DNA of 64,000 nt. It comes from Verrucomicrobiia bacterium (lineage in GTDB: Bacteria > Omnitrophota > Omnitrophia > Omnitrophales > Aquincolibacteriaceae). Below, one piece after another: positions 28,378-36,182 of this stretch. The number at the start of each line of letters is the position of its first letter. Position 1 is the first letter of the stretch. The notes beneath the pieces were generated by a model. That model was given only the letters and a program-made list of their open reading frames with translations. It was not told where the DNA came from and did no database searches. The position numbers were made by a program, and so were the translations under genes. The stretch lies in NCBI GenBank assembly GCA_035495615.1, contig DATJFP010000021.1, positions 9,024-73,023 on the forward strand. Direction: 5' to 3'.

Positions 28378-28408
28378 GCCCTGCGGGAGTTTTCCCGCAG
28401 GGCTTTTT
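28378..28408 (+). terminator. Rho-independent terminator after tRNA-Asn
   Basis: GCCCTGCGGGA-gtttt-TCCCGCAGGGC followed by TTTTT. Confidence 0.7.
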
Positions 28409-28414
28409 CATGCC

Positions 28415-28443
28415 TTGACAGTATCTGCATAAGCAGATATAGT
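28415..28443 (+). promoter_or_regulatory. arsR promoter (TTGACA, 17-nt spacer, TATAGT) with an ArsR-type operator inverted repeat in the spacer
   Basis: -35 at 28415-28420 and -10 at 28438-28443. Inverted repeat TATCTGC-ATAA-GCAGATA occupies 28422-28439. Confidence 0.6.
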
Positions 28444-28449
28444 TTGGTC

Positions 28450-28800
28450 ATGAAACTGACCAATTTGCAAATCGCGCTGGCTGCCATTGCCGATCCTACG
28501 CGGCTTAGAATCATGAACCTCCTTCAAGAAGGAGAGCTATGCGTATGCGACGTGATGAGCGTTCTTAAAGAACCTCAATCCAAGGTGTCGCGCCATCTTG
28601 GCTATCTCCGGAAATCGGGATTAGTTGAAGCGCGCAAGCAGGGTCTTTGGATGTATTACCGTTTAGCTAAGCCGAGCGGGAAAACAATTCAGGGCGTTTT
28701 TGAGGCTTTGAAATTAGCCCAAAATGACTGCGAAGAGCTGAAAGAAGACCTGCGGGAATTTAATAGAAGCAAAAGCTGTCTGGTAGCCTGTTGTAAGTAA
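28450..28800 (+). CDS. arsR: ArsR/SmtB-family arsenite-responsive transcriptional repressor
   Basis: wHTH with the As(III)-binding motif ELCVCDV. C-terminal Cys cluster CLVACCK. An alternative TTG start lies at 28444. Confidence 0.85.
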   Translation: MKLTNLQIALAAIADPTRLRIMNLLQEGELCVCDVMSVLKEPQSKVSRHLGYLRKSGLVEARKQGLWMYYRLAKPSGKTIQGVFEALKLAQNDCEELKEDLREFNRSKSCLVACCK

Positions 28801-28821
28801 AATTTTTTGGTCAAAATACAT

Positions 28822-28837
28822 CTGCATAAGCAGATAT
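28822..28837 (+). promoter_or_regulatory. Second copy of the ArsR-type operator inverted repeat, upstream of the aquaporin-like/arsC genes
   Basis: ATCTGC-ATAA-GCAGAT is identical to the core of the operator at 28423-28438. It lies 21 nt downstream of the arsR stop and just upstream of RBS GGAAGGAGGGG. Confidence 0.55.
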
Positions 28838-28858
28838 GGAAGGAGGGGTTCCAATGGA

Positions 28859-29194
28859 TTGTTGCAATGGAGGGTGCTGCTAATGAACATGGTTTCAAAA
28901 GCCCTGGCGGAGATGGGAGGCGCGTTTGCTCTCATCTTCGTTGGCGCCGGAAGTATTATGCTTTCCGAAAAGCATATTGTCCCGGCTTTTTGTATTCCTC
29001 TCGCGTGGGGTCTCATGGTTTCTCTGATGATTATCGCGGTAGGCCATATATCGGGAGCGCATTTTAATCCGGCGGTTACTCTTGCTTTCGCGATAACGAA
29101 ACGCATTCCGTTTAGCGAAATCTGGTTTTATTGGACGAGTCAGATGATAGGCGGGATTATTGCCGCCAGCCTTTTAGGGGCTTTGAACAAATGA
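28859..29194 (+). CDS. Half-length aquaporin/aquaglyceroporin (MIP family) protein: TM1-TM3 plus the first NPA box only. Possible truncated arsenite channel
   Basis: Aligns to the AqpZ/GlpF N-terminal half (GAFALIFVGAGS...VGHISGAHFNPAVTLAFAI). The ORF stops after TM3. The stop overlaps the arsC ATG (AAATGA). TTG start is 10 nt after a strong RBS, with an alternative ATG at 28882. Confidence 0.5.
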   Translation: MLQWRVLLMNMVSKALAEMGGAFALIFVGAGSIMLSEKHIVPAFCIPLAWGLMVSLMIIAVGHISGAHFNPAVTLAFAITKRIPFSEIWFYWTSQMIGGIIAASLLGALNK

Positions 29195-29610
29195 AAACAA
29201 AAGTGCTTATCCTATGTACTGGAAATTCCTGCCGTTCTCAAATGGCTGAAGGGATATTGAGGCATTATGGAGCAGATAAATTCGAGGTTTTCAGTGCTGG
29301 AACCAAGCCTTCCACAGTCAACAAAATAGCCATTGAGGTCATGCGCGAACTTGGTATTGATATATCCGGCCAACGTTCTAAGAGCGTCAGCGAGTTGTTG
29401 GGGCAGCATTTTCACTATGTCATAACTGTTTGTGATAATGCCAAGGAGTCCTGTCCTATTTTCCCGGGGAATAGCACCCAACTCCATTGGGCATTTCCTG
29501 ACCCGCCGCATGAGAAGACGATTACCGAAGAAGTCCGAAAGGAGTTCCGCAAGGTCCGCGATCTCATTCATACCCGCTTTAAGAAAGTGGCCGAAACGGG
29601 AAACTTTTAG
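29191..29610 (+). CDS. arsC: Arsenate reductase, LMW-PTP / thioredoxin-coupled type
   Basis: ILCTGNSCRSQMAEG P-loop. Conserved Cys pair in VCDNAKESCP. Overall similarity to pI258/B. subtilis ArsC. Confidence 0.88.
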   Translation: MKTKVLILCTGNSCRSQMAEGILRHYGADKFEVFSAGTKPSTVNKIAIEVMRELGIDISGQRSKSVSELLGQHFHYVITVCDNAKESCPIFPGNSTQLHWAFPDPPHEKTITEEVRKEFRKVRDLIHTRFKKVAETGNF

Positions 29611-29722
29611 GCGACTAAGCTGATTTGGGCGCTTTCCAAGAGGATACGGATCGAAGAAAGTTCAATTTTTAAGGCTTCGGAAAGGTTGCGAAACGCGTCC
29701 AACAGGGGGAGTTTTATAAGAA

Positions 29723-29760
29723 AAGGCCGCTTCGAGTCCAATCGCTGCGGCCTTTTTTTT
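29723..29760 (+). terminator. Terminator hairpin with a T8 tail downstream of arsC
   Basis: GGCCGC...GCGGCC stem followed by TTTTTTTT at 29753-29760. Confidence 0.5.
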
Positions 29761-30154
29761 AGTCTTTGACGCTTTGGGGGGCTGATTCTTTTCGAAGAAA
29801 TTCTCTGAGGTCATAAGCAGTAGTATGTTCGGGCCCGATCTCCCATTCTTTTTTTCTGCTATGGTGCAGAAGCGTCACAATTCCGGTCTTTGCCTTATGG
29901 GCCATTTTTTCAAAACACGCCCTCCGGTCCGGCTCTCGAAGCTCCTTCTCGTATTCCTCTAGAAATCGATCATGAGTCCAATGTTTCCAAATTCTCATTT
30001 CCTTCAACTCATAAGAGGGCGCGAGCTCATGCATCCAAGTATAAGGCGCGAGCGTATAAGCATCCATTCCCTCCGGCCACAAAGTTTCCACGAGATATCT
30101 TTCGCCATCAGCCGGTTCATAAGTTTCATAAGCGCTTTTCAATTTAAGGGGCAT
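29759..30154 (-). CDS. DUF488 (YeaO-like) family protein
   Basis: N-terminal pattern KSAYETYEPADGERYLVETLWPEG...LAP resembles the DUF488 consensus (RVYEP...DG.RVLVDRLWPRG). Confidence 0.55.
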   Translation of the reverse strand: MPLKLKSAYETYEPADGERYLVETLWPEGMDAYTLAPYTWMHELAPSYELKEMRIWKHWTHDRFLEEYEKELREPDRRACFEKMAHKAKTGIVTLLHHSRKKEWEIGPEHTTAYDLREFLRKESAPQSVKD

Positions 30155-30261
30155 TTTTTCCTCTCTTTCTGTTCAGAAGCGGGGAATCCCGCGAAATACT
30201 GTTCATGGACAACCCCCCTATTGAGGAGTATGCTGAATTTATAGGGGGGGAGGTGATTGCT

Positions 30262-30555
30262 ATGGCAGCAGTCCAACAAGGCGGCTCTAAGATGCGGACA
30301 ATGGAACTCGTTATGCCGGCCCACCTCGGATTTCACCTCCGCATTATCGCGCGGTTCGTGCAGCTTGCCCTCAGATTTCGTTCTTCTATTAAAATTCGAA
30401 AAGGAAAGCTCGTTGCTGACGGTAAAAGCATCCTTGGTCTTCTCACGCTGGGAGCTGCGTGGAAGTCAAAGATGGAAATCGAAGTTTGCGGTGATGATGC
30501 TGATCAGGTCGTCGAGCGTATTAACGAGTTTTTTTTGATGCAAGAAAATAGATAG
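30262..30555 (+). CDS. HPr-family phosphocarrier-like protein
   Basis: PAHLGFHLRIIARFVQLA...IKIRKGKLVADGKSILGLLTLGAAWKSKMEIEVCGDDADQVVERINEFF matches the HPr fold signature, including the His phosphorylation-site context. Strong RBS GGGGGGGAGGTG. Confidence 0.6.
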   Translation: MAAVQQGGSKMRTMELVMPAHLGFHLRIIARFVQLALRFRSSIKIRKGKLVADGKSILGLLTLGAAWKSKMEIEVCGDDADQVVERINEFFLMQENR

Positions 30556-30594
30556 ACTGAAAGCGGCGTTTGCCCGACGGCGCATTTGTTTTCT

Positions 30595-31275
30595 CTATTC
30601 TGGGGTTTTGTGGATGCTGCTTTCAATGATTCCCGCGGCAATGGCATAGCGGGTCAGGCCCGCGGTGTCATGGATGTTTAACTTTTCCATGAGATGCTGC
30701 CGGTGTTTTTCAACCGTTTTGATGCTGATATCAAGTTCCGCGGCGATCTGCTTGTTGGCGTTCCCTTCGGCAATTAATTGAAGCACCTCGACCTCGCGCG
30801 AGCTTAGGCTGATCTTTTTCCCTCGAGGAAGAGCTTCCCGGCGGCGCAGTTTCTGATAAAGTTCGGGCAATCGTTTGGCGATGGAGGGGCTGAAAAATCG
30901 ATTTCCCTTTTGGACTTCCCGGATGGCTTTCGACAAAACCTCGTAAGAAGTCTGCTTGATGATATATCCTGAGGCGCCGAGTAACAGCACCCGCTTGACG
31001 TATTCTTCGTCACTATACGCGGAGAGAATGATGATTCGTGCCGCTGGCATAGACTTCAGGATTTGCCGCGTGGCTTCAAATCCGTTCAAAAGCGGCATCG
31101 CGATATCCATCACAATTACCGCAGGACGAAGCGCCTTGGCGAGCTGCACGGCCTGGCGGCCGGTTTGCGCCTCACCGACCACTTCGATATCGCCTTCAGC
31201 CTCGAGCAGCATCCGAAGCCCTTGCCGGAGAATTTTATGGTCCTCAGCCAGGAGGACGGTGATTCGATTTGCCAT
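30595..31275 (-). CDS. NarL/LuxR-family response regulator (REC + HTH)
   Basis: VLLAEDH...VIVMDIAMP receiver domain with phospho-accepting Asp. C-terminal LuxR HTH (LSSREVEVLQLIAEGNANKQIAAELDISIKTVEKHR). Start overlaps the upstream kinase gene. Confidence 0.85.
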   Translation of the reverse strand: MANRITVLLAEDHKILRQGLRMLLEAEGDIEVVGEAQTGRQAVQLAKALRPAVIVMDIAMPLLNGFEATRQILKSMPAARIIILSAYSDEEYVKRVLLLGASGYIIKQTSYEVLSKAIREVQKGNRFFSPSIAKRLPELYQKLRRREALPRGKKISLSSREVEVLQLIAEGNANKQIAAELDISIKTVEKHRQHLMEKLNIHDTAGLTRYAIAAGIIESSIHKTPE

Positions 31276-32071
31276 TGCTTCGTCTTGCTCCGTTGATGAA
31301 AGGAATCTCCACCCGGACCAAAGTGCCTTTGCCGGCCGTGGACTCGATCGTAAAGCTGCCATTAACCATTTCTACCCGTTCCCGCATCCCGATGACGCCT
31401 AATCTTTTGTGCCTTTTGGCGAAAAGCACGCGGTCCACTCGAAAAGATTTGCCATTGTCTTTTATTTCCATGCGAATGGAATTCCGCAGTTTCAGGATGC
31501 TCAAGCTCGCTTTGCTTGCTTTCGCATGCTGCGCGACATTCGTGAGCGCCGATTGGGCCACTCGATAAAGCATCGTACGCTTGGAGCCGCTTAATCTTTC
31601 CACACCGCGAAAGACCGTAAAGCGGACGGGAATGCGAGTTCTTTTTGTGAAGTCTTTTATGTAGGAAGTCAAAGCCGGAATAAGCCCCAGGTCGTCCAAG
31701 ATCGTTGGGCGCAATTCCCGGGCGAACCGGTGCACAATGTTCACCGAATTTTCTACAAGGCGCTGCGTATGGACTATTTTTTTCTTGAGGCCCTTCGTGT
31801 TGGTTGCAGCTTCTTTTTTTAACCCGCCCAGATGGACATTGATTCCGGCCAGGGTCTGAGCGATTTCATCGTGAAGCTCGCGGCTGATCTGCCTCCGTTC
31901 TTCCTCCTGCGCGAGCAGGATCTGATGAGACAGGCGCCGCAAACGCTTTTGCATCTCGCGCGACTCGCCCAGCACTTGGTTATAGTGCTGCTTATTTTTT
32001 TTAAGCGCGGCCTCCGCGATCTTGCGCCGGTGGATCTCTTGTTTGAGTTTATCGTTCCTAGGATCGTTCAT
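31244..32071 (-). CDS. Soluble sensor histidine kinase, HisKA_3/NarX-DesK type, no TM segments
   Basis: N-terminal coiled coil. H-box ELHDEIAQTL. HATPase_c C-terminus. Confidence 0.8.
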   Translation of the reverse strand: MNDPRNDKLKQEIHRRKIAEAALKKNKQHYNQVLGESREMQKRLRRLSHQILLAQEEERRQISRELHDEIAQTLAGINVHLGGLKKEAATNTKGLKKKIVHTQRLVENSVNIVHRFARELRPTILDDLGLIPALTSYIKDFTKRTRIPVRFTVFRGVERLSGSKRTMLYRVAQSALTNVAQHAKASKASLSILKLRNSIRMEIKDNGKSFRVDRVLFAKRHKRLGVIGMRERVEMVNGSFTIESTAGKGTLVRVEIPFINGARRSNGKSNHRPPG

Positions 32072-32133
32072 CGGATTCCCTTCACTATTATCGAATAGTT
32101 ACTTTGATCCGTCCATGGGTAATGAAATGCTGC

Positions 32134-33321
32134 TTAGGCGGCCTGAAGCTGCAAGTACACCGATTTCCACTGGGTGAGCATTTGATGAAATCGGCGGCGG
32201 GCCTCTAGGCTTCTAACAGCGGCTTCCTTCGTTGCATTGGAATGCCGTGCAATGCGCTGACAGAGAATCTGCTGATAATCCCTGGCGGCATGCTCCCAAT
32301 CGCCCAGGGTTTGCTTGAGTTTTTCATATTGAGCCTGAAGCATTTCTCGGAAAGTCAAGGCGCCCGGATTTTCGAGTCTTTCGAGAAGCCGGTCTTCAAG
32401 ACTTTGTTTTTCGGCGGCCAGTTGGGCGGCAATAATACGGAACTTGGACATCTTTCTTAAATCCCACGCAAGCCCCAGCCCGGAGAGTAGAGCAATTATC
32501 CATTTGGTTGGGTCCCATTGGTACCAGCGCACGCCATTCCGGTAATCTCCCGGGAAATGATGGTGATAATTATGATAGCCCTCTCCATTTGTGATCAAGG
32601 CCGCCAGCCAGTGGTCCTTCGCCGAAGAATAAATGTCGTAGGTGGCTTTCCCAAACTTATGGCAAACCGAATTGATGCAGAAGGTGGCGTGGTAGACCAA
32701 GGTAAGCCGGGTGCAGACGCTTAAGAGGAAGGCTCCAAGCAGATGCCCTGTAAGCGCGCCAACGACGAGGGGAGTGAGAATCCCCGCCGTGATTGACCAT
32801 GCCGTGTAATAACGATGCTGATGCGCGAGAAGCCGGCTTTTTCGCAGGTCTCTTGCATTCTCATAATGGAGGGGATGCTGCCAAAAAATGAGCCATCCAA
32901 TGTGCGCGTAAAAGAACCCTTTTTTAATGCTGTAGGGGTCAAGCTCGGAGTCGACTAAGCGGTGATGATCGCGGTGCTGCGAGGCCCAGCGGAGGGCGGA
33001 TTGCTCGAAAGCGGCGGCCCCGAAAAAGAGCACGAGAAAACGGACAAGGGCATGGGCTTTAAAAGTGCAGTGGGCAAAGAGCCGGTGGTAACCCAGGGTG
33101 ATGCTGGTGCTCGTAACCGCCATGTAAAACAAAAAGAGCAAAAGCTCCGAGACTGAAATGCCAAAACGGAGAAGATAGAGGCAAGTTCCAAGCGTCCCTA
33201 AAAGGGTCGTGATGAAGAAAAAAATGACATTGGTCCAGATCACCTTTTTTACCGGGACCTGCTGTTGCGCCGCCGTAACCTCTTTGTTCCCAAATCGTTG
33301 TCCCATTGCTTTTTGTCTCAT
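32134..33321 (-). CDS. Acyl-CoA/acyl-lipid fatty acid desaturase with ~100-aa C-terminal coiled-coil extension
   Basis: His boxes HRLFAH, HRDHHRLVD, HNYHHHFPGDYRNG. 4 TM segments. Confidence 0.85.
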   Translation of the reverse strand: MRQKAMGQRFGNKEVTAAQQQVPVKKVIWTNVIFFFITTLLGTLGTCLYLLRFGISVSELLLFLFYMAVTSTSITLGYHRLFAHCTFKAHALVRFLVLFFGAAAFEQSALRWASQHRDHHRLVDSELDPYSIKKGFFYAHIGWLIFWQHPLHYENARDLRKSRLLAHQHRYYTAWSITAGILTPLVVGALTGHLLGAFLLSVCTRLTLVYHATFCINSVCHKFGKATYDIYSSAKDHWLAALITNGEGYHNYHHHFPGDYRNGVRWYQWDPTKWIIALLSGLGLAWDLRKMSKFRIIAAQLAAEKQSLEDRLLERLENPGALTFREMLQAQYEKLKQTLGDWEHAARDYQQILCQRIARHSNATKEAAVRSLEARRRFHQMLTQWKSVYLQLQAA

Positions 33322-33358
33322 GGCTTCAATGATAATTCAATTCAAGGCCGCGCAATAT

Positions 33359-33399
33359 GGGGTATTCAGCCCATGGACCGGAGGTGGGGTCAATACCCC
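33359..33399. promoter_or_regulatory. 8-bp inverted repeat GGGGTATT...AATACCCC (25-nt spacer) in the desaturase upstream region
   Basis: Perfect arms at 33359-33366 and 33392-33399, 40-80 nt upstream of the minus-strand desaturase start. Candidate operator or 5'UTR stem. Confidence 0.3.
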
Positions 33400-33461
33400 A
33401 TAGTTATTGTATCCGATAAGGTTTAACCTGACAGCTCGATCGGCGAAGTTATAGAGAAGGT

Positions 33462-34568
33462 ATGGGGGGTGGTATGAAATCGACGTCCATGATTCTGTCT
33501 GATTTTTTAACCCAAAATAAAAATGAGATTATTCAGCTATGTAGAGACAAGGTGCTTGCCGCGGGAGAGTCCAAGCCAACTTCAACCCTGTTAGAACGAG
33601 GGCTGCCTTTCTTCTATGATGAGCTCATCGAGGTATTAAAACGCGCCGGTTCCCTGGCCTTTATCGACCTCATTAAACAGGATGGCGAAGCTGCCGTGCA
33701 TGGAAAAGAGTCGTTGCGGCTTGGCTACACAATCTCCCAAGTTGTTCATGCTTACGGCGCTGTTTGCCAATCCATCACAGAATTTGTCCAAGCTAAATCG
33801 TATCAAATCACTCCTCTCGAGTTTCAAACTCTTAACCTTGCCCTTGATTGCGCCATCGCCGAGGCTGTAACCGAATTTGAGAAAACACAAAGCGAAAATG
33901 TCGCCCGAAGCGAATCTGAACGCCTAGGCTCCCTCATTCATGAACTGGGGAATTCGCTTGCGGCAGCATCGATCTCTTCTGATTTGATTCAATCGGGGCG
34001 AGTGGCAAGCGCGGGCAAAACCAGCGATGTGTTGAGGGGGGCGCTCAAGCGCATGCGCCACATCCTGGATGTTTCGCTCACTGAAATTCGTTTGCGGACG
34101 AAAGCCCCATTGGAAGCAGAACAAATCCGTCTTATTGATATTATAAGCGAGATAGAAGCCGTTACGATGATCATGTATGAGACTAAAAAAATCCATTTGG
34201 AATTTCATATCGATCCTTCCATTGAATTAACCGCTGACCGCCATCTGGTTTTTTCCGCGCTCTCGAATTTGGTGAACAATGCCATGAAATTCACAAAGAG
34301 AAATGGGCGTGTCTTCGTACGCGGCAAAGAATCGGCGGGGCGCATCTTGATTGAAGTAGAAGACGAATGTGGGGGCTGGCAGGAAGAAGATAATGTGGAG
34401 GAGTTATTCGATCCTTTCGTCCAAAAAGGAGAGGATAAATCCGGTTTAGGTTTGGGGCTCTCCCTCAGTCGTAAAGCCATCGAATTAAATCGCGGCAAAC
34501 TGACGGCGCATAATATCCCGGGAAAAGGATGCGTCTTTACAATCGACCTCCCGAAGATCGAGAAATAG
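33462..34568 (+). CDS. Cytoplasmic sensor histidine kinase (HisKA + HATPase_c)
   Basis: H-box SLIHELGNSLAAA. N/G-box region NLVNNAMKFT...GLGLGLS. Confidence 0.75.
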   Translation: MGGGMKSTSMILSDFLTQNKNEIIQLCRDKVLAAGESKPTSTLLERGLPFFYDELIEVLKRAGSLAFIDLIKQDGEAAVHGKESLRLGYTISQVVHAYGAVCQSITEFVQAKSYQITPLEFQTLNLALDCAIAEAVTEFEKTQSENVARSESERLGSLIHELGNSLAAASISSDLIQSGRVASAGKTSDVLRGALKRMRHILDVSLTEIRLRTKAPLEAEQIRLIDIISEIEAVTMIMYETKKIHLEFHIDPSIELTADRHLVFSALSNLVNNAMKFTKRNGRVFVRGKESAGRILIEVEDECGGWQEEDNVEELFDPFVQKGEDKSGLGLGLSLSRKAIELNRGKLTAHNIPGKGCVFTIDLPKIEK

Positions 34569-34829
34569 TTTCCATCAAGACTTTGAAAGTCCATGGCGCT
34601 AGATAGTGCCCAGTTGCGAAAGTCGTCCTGGACGGGGAGGCATTAAAAAAGCCAGTGCCCATGAGGGTGCTGGCTTTTTTATTTGAACCCGGCCCTTCAG
34701 CGAAGAAACCCTTTTAGGTTGGAAGAAGTGCCTGTTTCGCTTTCTATAGGGCTTATAGGTTCCGCTAGCTCTCTCATCGAATGAGGCGTAGACTCCTATT
34801 GTGCTTCGATTTATAAAGAAAGGGCATCT

Positions 34830-35918
34830 GTGAATTTTAAGGAAAGATTCAAACCATTTATTGAACATCGAAGGCAGCTCAAGACCATCTACGTGGCGAC
34901 TTGTGACGAAACCGGCCAGCCCAATTGCGCGCCAAGATTGCTTATCGATATCACGGAGCCCAACCACATCTTTTACGTTGATTTCAAGTCATCACAAAGC
35001 TATGCGAACATTTGCTCGACCAAGAAAGTCTCTCTGGCTTTTATGGACGAAAGAAATCTCGTAAGCTTTAAAATCAACGGGCGTTGCGAAACCATACAGT
35101 CCAGCAAAGAGCTCAAGACCGTTAAGGACAAATGGGCCAAGATCGTCAATGGTTATCATGCGGAGCGGATCATCGAACGGGTTACGGGGGTTGTTTCGGG
35201 CAGGGTTGGAGAAATCGTGCTCAGTGAGGATTACGTATTCATCAAGTTTTCTGCAGAGAAAATGAAACACGCCGTGATCCGGCATCCCAGTGCTTATCCG
35301 ATAGGTAAAATAGCGGCTTTACAGCTGCGGATCGACGATCTTCAAAAAGTCGTCGAGAAACAAAAAGAGGACGGGCGGGAGATGGAAGTCTCCAGAGATT
35401 CCTATAAAGCAAGCTCAGATATGTTTGAAGTCGCCGCAATGCAAGACAACCTTACGGGACTTTACAATCAGCGTGGTTTTATCGTCCTTGTGGAGCAGCA
35501 ATTAAAGATTGCCAAGCGGCAGAAAAAGGACAGTTTTTTTATATTTTCAGATGTGGATCATTTGAAACGGATTAATGATACCTTCGGCCATGCAAAGGGG
35601 GATCAAACGCTCGTGGAAATTGCGCGGATCTTGAAGAAGAGTTTTCGCGAATCGGATATTATCGCCAGAATCGGCGGAGACGAATTTGCGGTGGCGATGG
35701 TGGATTGCGGGAAGGAAAATCTGGATTTAGCAAAAGGCCGGTTAAAGAAAAATATAGAAGCGTACAACCGAAATTCCCGGGAGGCTTACCCCATCGAGCT
35801 TAGTGTCGGCGTCGCCTGCTGCAACTCAGACGACACAATCGATCTGCGTAAGCTGCTTCATCAAAGTGATCAAATGATGTATGAAGAGAAAAGAAAAAAT
35901 AATCCCGAATCTCTTTAA
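34830..35918 (+). CDS. PNPOx-like (FMN-binding split barrel) domain fused to GGDEF diguanylate cyclase
   Basis: N-terminal pyridoxamine-5'-phosphate-oxidase-like fold (TIYVATCDETGQPNCAPR). C-terminal GGDEF with intact RIGGDEFAV and RxxD-like context. Confidence 0.75.
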   Translation: MNFKERFKPFIEHRRQLKTIYVATCDETGQPNCAPRLLIDITEPNHIFYVDFKSSQSYANICSTKKVSLAFMDERNLVSFKINGRCETIQSSKELKTVKDKWAKIVNGYHAERIIERVTGVVSGRVGEIVLSEDYVFIKFSAEKMKHAVIRHPSAYPIGKIAALQLRIDDLQKVVEKQKEDGREMEVSRDSYKASSDMFEVAAMQDNLTGLYNQRGFIVLVEQQLKIAKRQKKDSFFIFSDVDHLKRINDTFGHAKGDQTLVEIARILKKSFRESDIIARIGGDEFAVAMVDCGKENLDLAKGRLKKNIEAYNRNSREAYPIELSVGVACCNSDDTIDLRKLLHQSDQMMYEEKRKNNPESL

Positions 35919-35934
35919 TTTGCACAGGCCCGCG

Positions 35935-36004
35935 CTTCAGAACTCAAGAAAGCCCACGATCTCATCCATGCACGATTTAAGAAGGTGGGCGAGACAGGGA
36001 GTTT
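35935..36004 (+). pseudogene. Remnant 3' end of an arsC-like gene (last ~22 codons)
   Basis: Translates to ...ELKKAHDLIHARFKKVGETGSF*, versus the arsC C-terminus EFRKVRDLIHTRFKKVAETGNF*. Confidence 0.55.
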
Positions 36005-36120
36005 TTAGGCGGCCAAGCTAATTCGGGCACTTTCCAAGAGGATACGGACCGACGAAAACTCAATTTTCAGGGCGTGAGTAGGGTTCCGAAACGCGTCCAA
36101 CAGGGGGAGTTTTGCAAAAG
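35935..36120 (+). repeat. Copy B of a ~180-bp duplicated module (arsC 3' end + conserved spacer). Copy A lies at 29548-29726
   Basis: About 80% nucleotide identity by hand alignment. Includes the blocks CTTTCCAAGAGGATACGGA and CGAAACGCGTCCAACAGGGGGAGTTTT. Confidence 0.65.
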
Positions 36121-36157
36121 GCGTTGTGTGGGTATAATCTCACAACGCCTTTTTATT
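36116..36157 (+). terminator. Bidirectional-looking terminator hairpin
   Basis: AAAAG-GCGTTGTG-(13-nt loop containing TATAAT)-CACAACGCC-TTTTTATTT. Confidence 0.55.
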
Positions 36158-36182
36158 TAATCCGAAGCTTGGAGGTGGGGAC

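Noticed and set aside
28232-28432. 66-aa ORF overlapping tRNA-Asn
   Set aside because: Overlaps a well-formed tRNA and its terminator. Not coding
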